DNA of 63,071 nucleotides, counting the filler, from Lenisia limosa (lineage: Eukaryota > Protista > Breviatea): NCBI GenBank assembly GCA_001655205.1. It is 12 parts of 12 records of this genome, joined end to end, with 100 filler letters (N's around TTAATTAATTAA, not from the genome) between each part and the next. Parts side by side here need not be neighbours in the genome. Positions count along the whole stretch, not along the records: positions 36,625 to 54,082 come from LPNZ01011037.1; 11 more parts are not named here. The stretch is one strand, 5' to 3'. The translations under genes were made by a program, and so were the position numbers. Each line of letters starts with the position of its first letter. Position 1 is the first letter of the stretch. This document shows positions 39,231 to 50,506 of the stretch, piece by piece. The notes under the pieces were generated by a model. The model did not search any database. It was not told where the DNA came from and saw nothing but the letters and a program-made list of their open reading frames with translations.

Positions 39231-42200
39231 TTAGGGGCTATTGTACTTATTTATGAGTCTAATCCTTTTTGGTGCTGGGGAGGCACACAGAAAGCTATGT
39301 GCACAGAGTTGTAAGGCAAATGATTGGGTAAAATAATGTTATACTATTATCCAATATCTCTTTTAAAAGTGATGGTGTGGACGGCTTCGGTCAGGCAAAA
39401 CCTTATTTTTTATTTCTCATTGCTAAATATGATGTACATATCGATATGTAAATTCGAAATCCGGTCATGAATTCAAATTGGTCGATGAATGCTATTCTTC
39501 ACCAGGAAAATGATACAAATACCATTTGGACATCATTGATAAGAAAAATAAAAACAATACACAGAAAATTTTGATTATTTTTTGCTGATCACTTGGATCA
39601 TGTTGATGATCTTGTCATTTTGTTCCCTTTTCGCGATTTGCTCTTTGGATATGATTATACAATTGTTATTAGTAAGAAGGTAAAGAATGGGGTTCACAGG
39701 TATAAGCTGGATTTTTCAAAAAAATTGCACCAACATAGCGCGCATTACCCCTTTTTTCAAAATTTTGAATATTTTTTTTTTTTTTTTTTTTNNNNNNNNN
39801 NNNNNNNNNNNNNNNNNNNNNNNNNNNNNNNNNNNNNNNNNNNNNNNNNNNNNNNNNNCTATTCCTTTTTGCTCGTAAACAACGTCTTCAGACCAAAACG
39901 GTTTTCTACTTTTAGAAACTGGGGTTGTAATTATGTCTAATCGCAGCCGAAAGCCAGACTCAAATCATTTCCCTGTAACCTTCTGAAAGATGCTTGGAGC
40001 CGAGAGGATCCTGATTCAGGGGAGCCATATCTGTCCGTAAGAGAGAAAAATGTATACTATATCTCAAAAGGCAATTGAAGCCTATACTGACTTCGACAAC
40101 ATTGGAAATCGCCCAGCCATGACTTCATTCCTCCATATGGAATGCGACAATTCTTTTTCAATGCTCATTGATCCGCTTTGGCTTGTGAAAAAGTCAGAGG
40201 ATGTTTTTGTCGTCTTTGGAAATAAATACGAAGGGTCGTAAGCCACTCGGAAAGGATGCCAAGAAAGAGGGAAAGAGGCTGAAGAAACATGCGCAAGCTG
40301 CAATCGGTAAGATTCCTACATGACAAAATATACTACATGTATATATTAGTTGATTTAAAAATTTCTGAAATTGCACTTTGTTCAACAATTTTTTTTAAAA
40401 AGCATAAAATCTTATTAAAACAGTCTAATGATTGNNNNNNNNNNNNNNNNNNNNNNNNNNNNNNNNNNNNNNNNNNNNNNNNNNNNNNNNNNNNNNNNNN
40501 NNNNNNNNNNNNNNNNNNNNNNNNNNNNNNNNNNNNNNNNNNNNNNNNNNNNNNNNNNNNNNNNNNNNNNNNNNNNNNNNNNNNNNNNNNTAGTTTATAT
40601 CCTATCGTAAGGACCCAGAAATTTCTTTCGGATCTGAGTCATGGTAGCAACTCCGCTTCAGCCAAGTTACATACTCTCGTCATCACAAATACCCGCATTG
40701 TTGAACAAAGTGTAATTTTTGGACCTTTATTTCCCAGGCAATTCCATTCAACTGTCAAGTTGATTCTGAAAGAACATATCATATATCATATATACATATA
40801 CGTCAGCCCAAAATTTAGTCTCCAATCTCGGGGCCTATTCAGACTACTCTTAATATATATTTTTTTGCTTTTGTCCATTTCACACTACTATTTGAAAGAG
40901 AGAAAAACAGACCTCATCCAATTGAAAATACTTCGCAATTTTCAAAAATTCCAATAAGTTGATATCAGTCCAAGAAAGACCTTCAAAATGAGGAATTTCA
41001 TATAACATGTGCTATGCGTGCAGAAATTGAAATGCTGCACTGGAAAATATGTCCATTTAATAAATAAAACTTGCACCCTTATTAAGGGTGGAATCTAACC
41101 AAGAGTGAAATGGCCAAAAAAAAAAGCTGGTTGGGAAGGGGTAACACATTTGTTGTTGAGAAATTCCTATTTGTCGATGAAGTACAGCGAACTTGATATA
41201 GGAACGTCTTAGAAAAAATGAAAATGATAATCAACAGTATCAACGCATTTTATTCAAAATTGATCAAAAACACGATTTAGCTGCAAAAGTGTGGTTAACA
41301 TCGCTTTTATTCAAGATATGGGACAAAAATATTTAATATACAACCTTGGGTGTAAATATATCAATTCCTCCTTACTACGTCCTAACCAAAAACAAAAAGA
41401 TTTGAAATGGTCAGCTGACAATACTCCATCATAATTCTATCAGATTCTATCAGGAGGAATTTCAAAGTTCAGTTCACTTGTATTTAAGTGAAATCCCTTT
41501 TTTACAGAAAACCTCTTAATCCATTGTCAGTACCCCTCCCTCCGCGAACCCCTTTGTGTCACATTATGTGTTTACATCTCTAATAACTGAATACATGATA
41601 GGGCTCTAAGGGGGCTTTGGTCCGGATCACAGAGAGACCTGACCAAGCATAGCTGTCCTCTTCACACACAATTACGTGTCACCTTACCAAAGATAGAAGT
41701 TTGAATATTTCTCTGCAACAAGAATAAAAGCCAACAACAAAAACAAAAATTGTTTTACATACTAAACTGGGTTATCACAACCAGGTTGATCTGGTCGCAA
41801 GCTCAGTTCATATCCACCACTCATGACATTTGAAAGTGGGCTCATCAACTCCCCAACTGTACCCTATGCTCTGAAGAAACACCAGAGTACCAGAACCCTA
41901 GCTCTGAATCACGTCAAACTGGTATTTCGCAAATCTTTGAATTCTGCCACATACATGTAACCCACAATACTCAAAGATTATGTAAATCAAAAGACTGGCC
42001 TCTCGCTAACTTGTCTCCGCTCCAAAGGGAGGACTACCCTGTTCACATTTATGACGCAAATACACTATTCAGCACATAGCTGCCGGCCTGAATATTGTAT
42101 CCCAGTGCAGGCAATTTCCGCACCTAAAAAGTTTTCAATAATCGGCTCAAATGACAAAGGACAGTAGAAGGGGCAAGAGGAAGTAAGTTATGGTTGAAAC

Positions 42201-42583
42201 TAAAAAAAAAACAGTACCCCCTTCTGAACACTCTTTTTTAGCGTATCTAACAACCTAACCTAGTAAAGCTCGGCATTAAATCTGAAAAGGAGTTATTTCT
42301 GTTTGTTCAGAGACAAAAGAAGTTTGGCGCGAACGCAGTTCGCCACGTCACTTTCTCATTTCCTGTACAGTCACAGTATCGTGGAAGTTAGACAGGTAGT
42401 ATTACCACTGGAATTCAGAATAGACTTTGTTTCTCTGGGAGATCTAGTGTTGATGAAGACAAACTGCCGTTCTGAGACCAAATATCGGTTTGATAAGCTT
42501 TTTTTAGAGTTGAGCTGCACTCAGAAGTGTAAAAAGTGTTCTATCACCCTTCCTTTTATGGGTTCTCTTCCCACCTTTCAGCT

Positions 42584-44843
42584 CCTTCCACCCCCTATTC
42601 GTATTGCCAAGAACGTATGGCAGACCTTCAATGCGGATGATGAACTTGGCTCAAAAGCCCCGCCCCTCTCTTGGTATGATCTGTTCTAATTTGTTTTTTT
42701 TTTGTGCCAAACCAGGATTCCCCCTACCGTTGTTCTCCCACCTCCAATGACACGCGACCTCCTGGAGGTGGAACCTCGCGACAACTTGCGCACTGCTCTG
42801 TCGTTGTCTCTGGTAAGCTGTTTTTTTTTTGTGTGTACTGTTATTGACCTAATATTTGTGTTTTTATCTTACTCTCTTCAGGAACACCTTTCCATACCTT
42901 TGAGGTGGTCAGGTTCTGAAAGGAGTACCCGCCATCTCCAAGCTCACCTTCAATCACAAGTTGAAGGAAGTGATCCTCCCCAATCATCGCGTGGTAAATA
43001 TTTCAAAAAATGTTCCATTGACCACATTGCGGAAATGGACCGCGAGCTGAAGCAGCAGCCCCGTTTCCCCATATGCTATGATGGCCGATACTCCAAGGTT
43101 TGTGAGACTGCTTTGTGGTGAGAATTTCCGTTTAGTGCCGTGGATTCAACTCCTTGGATTCGGTGAGCATTGCCAGGTCATTGGACTGGGAATTTACCCG
43201 TAAGAAGCCCTCAGGTATGATTGTAACTGAAATGCCATAAAAACTCCAAGAAATATTTATCTCCTTTTTTCTATTATTTACCTCAAAGGAAAGGAAAGTC
43301 CCACGACCTGAGCCACAGCTTTGTTGTCACACTCAGCGACCTCTCTGCCAAGGGCCTGGATCCTGTCGGGACTGCCAACCTGTTTAAGGTCTTGTGCCAC
43401 AGAGGCTTCCTGGCCGTACTGATTGTGGGTATTCGTTCTTTTTTTTTTCAGAAGCAAGGTCAATTATATTTGGTCAGAAAACTTGATAATCACGATATCA
43501 TTTCAACAATGTCTATTTCTGCTTTAACCCACCAGCATCATGAAAACGACTCCGGTGCTTTTGCTTTGGTTGATGCTATCATGAGAATGTTGAAGGATGA
43601 CAGAACCATCTCCCTGGCTTCGAGCTCTCCGAGATGCTTGCTGTCTTCATGTTCTGTGTTCACTTCGAAAAGGGATCTACGGCTTTCAAGGACGCTACGA
43701 TCAAGAACACCATCTCCACTGATCCCACCTCAATTACGACAAGGTCACCTAGCGCACTTTGTAAAAGGACCATGGCTGCTCTACCAAGTTTCTCACCATC
43801 ACCAAGGAGGAGTTTGACGTACTGAACGACGTATTGCAGGTAAGACATTTCCATTTTTGTGCTGAAATAATTACTCCAGAAGTGGATACAGCCTTCTGTT
43901 ATCGCTCTGTTCGCCCACAGCACAAACATGGTGGAGGCGTTCAATTCTCTTGTTTGAGGGGGGGCGGTACTTTTATTTTCGTGAAATACAATTCATACAA
44001 ATTAGCTCATTCGCTTCGTCCCAAAAAAGATGCACTCCATCTTTCGTTTAGAGGCCGGTGTCGCTTTGGTAGAAGGCTACCAAAACAAGTCCTTGGCGTT
44101 CATTTCAAACCTCTGTGACAGTTGGCTGAATGATTTATGGTTAAAAAGGTCAAACATTATCCATGTATTGATTTGTTTCCTTATTCTATTGAATGTATGA
44201 ATCTTGCTGTCAAAAAAAAAACTATTCAGTAGTGACTTTTTTTAGAAATGGGACTCGAAATTGACGGACCGACGGTGTTGCGTCTATGTGAGGTGCGAAA
44301 GACAAAGCGGTGTAGGGGGGGGGGGNNNNNNNNNNNNNNNNNNNNNNNNNNNNNNNNNNNNNNNNNNNNNNNNNNTTTGTGGGTGAGTTTTCTTATTAAT
44401 CTCTGTTTTAGATACAAGAAGTTCAAATGAAAAAAAAATAATAACATTGATCGATAGAAATGATATGAAAAAAGAACAGTAAATCTCACCTGGCCTTCCG
44501 CAGGAGGTCCGTTCTCGTTAATAATTCCTACGAAAGCATCATCTAAAAGGTTGAGAAAGGACGGAGAGCAGCTGTAAAGAAAGTAGATTTTGAAAAATCC
44601 ATTTTAACCTCAAATACTACGCCTAAAAACTCTTAGCTAACCTTCAGCATCAGCATCCTTAAACTCGAAGAAGAACGGCTCCTCGAGGACAGCCTGCCCC
44701 ACAGCCTCAATGAAGTTGGCGTCTCTGACAGCTCCTCCTGTTGCAACTACAGCTAACGGAGCAATTCATGTCCATTTGGCTCCAGATCCAGTTGCACCTG
44801 TTCCTGCTGCCTACCATGGCCTTCAATCCCCCCGTGTTATGTA
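42584..44843 (+). pseudogene. Multi-exon gene of unknown family with apparent frameshifts and premature stops
   Basis: Several phase-compatible GT-AG exons (e.g. ~42584-42673, 42716-42812, 43136-43214, ~43293-43429, terminal exon ~44649-44843). Segment 43538-43840 needs two frameshifts and contains TAG and TAA. Confidence 0.4.
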
Positions 44844-46206
44844 ATTCCTGGGCTGTGTGTTGTTTTTGTTCTTTCATTGGGTATATTAGTTGTATATTAC
44901 TGTTTTCGATTTGTATGAATGTTGAATTTCGATAAATGTATTCATAAAGTCACCAGTGAGTTTTGAAAAATATGTTACCCCCCCTCCCCCTAGGGAGATG
45001 GGAAGATGGGGAGGGGAGGGGGGTATAGGGGGAGGGTACTTTTCCAGACAGTGAGTTTTTCCAGTAGTTTTTCAGCGAATTCACTTTTTTTTTTCGAACA
45101 AAAGGAATTAGCGTGCTAGCGCCAACCATAGATGCTCTCTAACAACTCCAAGACTACATAGAGTCGAGCGGATTATTATAGTTATGGAGAGGATGACAGA
45201 GGTTAACGCTGACAGAATCGTGTTCTGGAGAACAAAACACGATTTAGCTAGTCTATTCCTCCTTGTTACGTTCATAGCACTGCATAGAAAATAATAGTGG
45301 ACAGGTGTGAAAATGACCCAAAAGTAATATGATAGTTTACTATTTGGACAAAATATGTTAAATCACCATTTTTTTTTATTTTTTTTTGCTCTTTTGGATT
45401 GTTAGTTACTGATCTTCTTAGATCAATTCAAAGCACTACGAAGAGCAGTAACACCAATCTCAGCAGGGGTATCAGGGTTACAGTTAACAATCATTTCACT
45501 TTTTGGATCATTTTCACACGTGTGAACTATCATTTTCCGCACCTCATATCCACTCGAATGATAATTGACCGACAAGTCTCAATGATACTCTGATACTCGG
45601 GATAAACCCTCGAGTTGTCTTCGTTCATCATTTCGACTCGAAAGTCAGTCATATGATCATATCACTAGTGGACATGGGTTAAAATATCGCAAAGGTGGCC
45701 AGCAATGGGCTTATTATCCGTTATAACGAGTGAATCAACAACAATAGGGATAACTTCAACAAGAGATCTACCCCCATCACAAGATACTCAACAAGATCAT
45801 AAATAGGCGAACCTTTATTTCCTTAATGAGGGTGACAACGTTGAAGATTGACAGAGAGGGAGCGGAGGAAAATTTTCGTTTCGCTGTTGCTGAAAGGGAG
45901 CGGAGTTACCTGCCTTCTCGATGTATTCTGTTATTGAGCCATAATCAGACGGTTGGGCAAACGCGAAAAGCATTCATTTACCACTTTTAAAAGCACAAGA
46001 ACAAGATATCAGATATCAATATATTATATGATATAGTGTATAAATATATGATACATAACGATGTGTCTTCATCAATAACGATGTTTTTTTTTTCTCGACA
46101 TTGGATAACCTCATGACGTAAATGGAAACAATCAGAGCCAAAGTTCAACAAAAACAATAAATATATCTCAAAGATGGTCAACACACACAAAAAAAAAGGG
46201 ACCCTA

Positions 46207-46587
46207 CTTTTAAGAGCATTTTGAAAAACAACAATGGGAACTAATGGGATTTCTCCAGGAAAGCTCTTTTTTAATTGATTAACCAAAAAAACTGGGGTAT
46301 TATCAACACTTTTTCGAAGTTGAGTTTGATGAAGAGTGGCACATTCTAACCGAAAATACCTTGTGAATAAACAGAAAAGAAACTCGATCCATAGAAAATG
46401 AGAACCATTGCAGCAACGCAAAGAACGCTGGCACAAGGCAAAATTAATGTTCTATAAGAGAAACCTCGTGCAACACTAAAATTTCCACTTTCAAATTCAA
46501 AAGAAGCAGCCCCTATCCAAAGATCGGGATTTGTGTTGTGAAACTGTAAAGCTCTCATTAATAACAAAAACAAGCTTTCCAAACACT
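46207..46587 (-). CDS. UTP6: UTP6-like HAT-repeat region (downstream exons)
   Basis: LMRALQFHNTNPDLWIGAASFEFESGNFSVAR...LCQRSLRCCNGSHFLWIE|YFRLECATL...GEIPLVPIVVFQNALK. Removing a 24-nt GT-AG intron (46360-46383) restores the LWIEYFRLE motif. Confidence 0.65.
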
Positions 46588-49500
46588 ACTGGAAGTTGGC
46601 TAAACAGTGAGTTTTCAAATAACCATTGGATGTAAAACTTCCAAATTTTGAGACAATGCTAAATGATGAATATATTAAGAGGTATGAATTGTAGCAATAA
46701 GAACAAATATGATAAATATCAGAATGTCTTCCGGGGAGCTTTAGTAATAGGGATTTCTGCTGGTAACAACTAACATATAATCATGAAAAAAATAACAAGA
46801 CTCAACGGTTTTATCATTTTCTCAATCGCAATAATACAAAATTGAAGGTTTTCTCAGTGATCTATTTCAACTTATTTTGTATTGTCTTTTCCCCAGCTAC
46901 TAAGCCCTTTCAAAACATTGTAGAAAATAGTGTCCCCTCCCCCCTTTCTCATCCGTATTTCACCTTCAAATCATTCTTCATAATATAATATAAAAAAAAT
47001 ATATACTAGTATATCAATATATATTTCACACTTTGATTCATAAGAACATCATCTTCTTATGTATATACTCTTTCGAGGACTGGATCGATCGAATGCGCGT
47101 GAACTAACGGCAATACCGCTGATGTGAGGCAAGTAAAATAGTATTCTTAAACCCAAGAGTTGGTAAGTGTGTATTAAGGTGGTGGTGTCAAGCCTTTTTT
47201 TGGGGAGGGATTGAACATTTTTTGAATGTATCAACTTTTCAAGAGTTTACCTGGTGGAGTTTTAAGAGCATCAATATCAAGGATCGCGAAAGACATCGGA
47301 CAGGGTGATCACAAAGCAAACACTTGTCGGGAATGACACTAGAGTGCTAATCTGTAACATAAAGCTGCTAAGAGAGGCGAGGAGTGGGTAAGGGACACGA
47401 GTTACTCAACGGAAAAGGACAACGAAAACACTAAACACTTCCTGAATACTCTTATACTCTTAAATATGCTTCTATTAACTAATCATTATGTACAAGCAAA
47501 AGAGGAACAAAATCGAGAATTCTCTGAGCAAAAGGAATTGCAACCTTAAATGCTCTGAACAACTCGAGATTTCCTCTTATCTTGTTTAATCCGTTGATTA
47601 GCCAGTAGAAGCGCTGCATAAGTGGCAGAAAGGAATGTTCATAAACCCCAATTTCTCATATATAATCGACACAAAAAAACGTGCGAAAAAAAAAGACCCC
47701 ATAACGAATAATATGACTTTCTCCTTTTCCCGACGGTATAGGATATATGATATATATCATGGGATTTTAAGAGGGGTGAAACAGGCAGCAATAATGAAGC
47801 AAACAACAAAATGCTACGGCTACGCAGGAAAAAAATACTTGTTAGAATGGTTTTACACCCCCCCTATTTTATTAAAACAGAATACTTTGAAGAATACCAA
47901 ATAAGAGACGAAAAATCTGGATAATCATATGATGTTTATGCACCACATATCATATACTACTGTACTACTACTATGTATGTATGTTTTATGGAAATTAAAG
48001 AAAAGAGAAAGAAATCGACAGATGAGTCAGTAAATAATGCATGTATCAACTTGTTAAGAGTTTACCTGGTCGGGGTTAAAAAGCATCAAAATCAAGGATC
48101 GCGAAAGGCTTCGAGCATGATAATAACGAAGATCCGCAAATGCTTGACGGGAGACACTTTAGAGTACAATACTGTACAATAAAACCGCTAAAAGGCTTAC
48201 GGGTAAGAAGAGAGGCTTGAGAAAACTGTTGGGGAAAAAAGACCACAAGTCGCTTCTGAATACTCTCAGATTCTCAATTATATTGTCTCAACAACGCAAA
48301 ATATGACTATTCTCTCAAAAAATATGGGAACAATGAGTCAAAATATATCATATATCCATTCCCGCGGGTGAATAAATCTGATTAATGTCATATTTTTTCA
48401 TCATATTCATCATATATACTATATGACATTCCGATGACGTGTCACCCCATATCTCCCACCCACCCTTCTGACCCCCTTTATCCCCTTTGTCCCGTAAATG
48501 TTGTTTTATGCTTCTAATAGTTCGATCAGAGCGACAAAATATGATTTTTCGCAAAAAAAAACACTTCAATTCATTCTAAAACCCCATTGATGATGCTCCC
48601 CCAAAGGACAGGTCTTCAGCGTGATCGATCAGTTGAGGAGGAAGTTGAGAGCAACTTCATGAACTCCTGAAATCATGATTAACTTATATCTTGTTTATAG
48701 TGCTAAGCACTACAAAAAACAATAAAGAAGAGAAGTGTAAAGGAGGAACCCAGAAACTTTTATAATACACTTGAGAAGATCCTTGAAAAGCTCCAGTCAA
48801 TCATCCTCAAAAGAAACTCTCTGAATGTAAGGCTGAGAGCAGGGATTTCAACCAACCAAAAAGAAGATCAATAGAAAAGAATGAATCATCTTGCACTGTC
48901 TTCTAATCAAAAAGAAGGGACATTGAGAGGAAGCACACCTTCGACAGGAAGAAACTGATCACCCCAAAACTTCTTGAAAACTGATCTTTCTTTGATAAGA
49001 AAGCTTAATCCGCGCGCGTCTAAGAAGCAGTCTTCGACTGCAAGTTTCCAGCATTCAGCAGTAAGAGAAGAAATCCTTCGCTTTCAAGTAAAGAACCTAT
49101 TAATGTCAATCAGCACGGTCTATACACTAACAAACCTTCTTGTTAAACAAGATCTTGCTCCAAAAAACGCCAGTTCCTCAATTCAAGGCAGTAAGCAGAT
49201 CCAATGAAGAAAATCATCGCTTAACTTTAGAAGGCAGAAAAAGGAAGGAAAAAAAGAAAAAAAAACTATAAATACTGCATCACTTTACATTAGTTACATT
49301 ATGTAGAATTCTTTTTAAGTAGCAACAAAACCCGACTTCACCTTTTAGAAACTTTTTTAAGGTCACGATGGAAACTGATCGGGATTTCCGCGGTTGTTAA
49401 AAGGAGGTTCCGAGGGACGAACGAGGCATTATCCCTGTCCATAAAAACCGGTGCTTTTTGGATAAACCGGTGCTTTTTGGGTTTTTTAAAAAATAATCAA

Positions 49501-50212
49501 AATTCTGAAAATAATAAAAACGTTCCAAAATGACCTTCCATTGACCAACTGGGTTACGANNNNNNNNNNNNNNNNNNNNNNNNNNNNNNNNNNNNNNNNN
49601 NNNNNNNNNNNNNNNNGGGATATGATGTTTTCTTATACGTATGAAATATTCTGAAGTCAATCGAAGCAGTTCGCCTTAAACTGATGTGATCAAAAGTCAA
49701 CCCTCTTGGTCCTCATACGGGATACATCAAATAAAAAAGAGCAAACTGAATTATGATGTGACGCACGATCATATAAAGATTCCATTCTTGAAATACAGAT
49801 TCTATTTAACGTAGAATGTTGATTCATTCCTGTGGACAAGATCAGAGCACGGCAATAATACATTTATGAAGTGTTTTACTATTTGTAGTATGATATAGTA
49901 GTGACCACTTAAAAGCGCGAGCACTACCGAAAACGCGAGCGCTTTTTTATAATTTTGAATTTTTCGAATTTTCTTCTACTTTTATTCAAAAAATACCTGT
50001 TGTTATGATATTGTTTCCGCATGATTACATTTTGTAAAAAGTTTTTTCTCTACAAATATTTAAGTTAGTCGGTTGATGGGTATTTGGCGAGACAGCGTAG
50101 AATGCAGATTGCACTTTCATTAGGAAAATGTTAACTTAAAGTAATGTTTCCTATTGATTCTTACCTGACTAGCGGAGGCATCATTCTCATCACCGCTGTC
50201 TTCTTCTTTTTC

Positions 50213-50506
50213 ATATGTCTAATTGAGTAAATAAATTCAACAGCGTGTTGTTCTGTCCTGATCAAACATGTCTGAATATTCTATTCTTCAGCTGAGCTCT
50301 TGCTTACCTCATGAAACCTGCACTTAAGTGCCAGGGTCTGTTGGTGGAAGAGGTGGTCTATATGTCTAATTGAGTAAATAAATTCAACAGCGTGTTGTTC
50401 TGTCCTGATCAAACATGTCTGAATATTCTATTCTTCAGCTGAGCTCTTGCTTACCTCATGAAACCTGCACTTAAGTGCCAGGGTCTGTTGGTGGAAGAGG
50501 TGGTCT
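50213..50506. repeat. Near-perfect 2 x 147-bp tandem duplication containing a 50-nt minus-strand exon
   Basis: 50213-50359 equals 50360-50506. Each copy has an AG acceptor, a 50-nt segment (50455-50504; 50308-50357) and a GTAAGC donor. Confidence 0.85.

Noticed and set aside
41780-41960. LINE zf-RVT-like remnant (PNCTLCSEETPE)
   Set aside because: A single CxxC..ET..-like motif without the His/Cys ligands or a recognisable adjacent RT; too weak to call.
43740-43840. Protein-like frame HLNYDKVT*RTL*KDHGCSTKFLTITKEEFDVLNDVLQ with in-frame TAG and TAA, suggesting UAR-to-Gln reassignment
   Set aside because: The HECT and ECI1 genes end at TAG and the surface protein at TAA at the expected positions, and two >1,000-codon ORFs have no in-frame TAR. 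The same segment also needs frameshifts, so decay or error is more likely.
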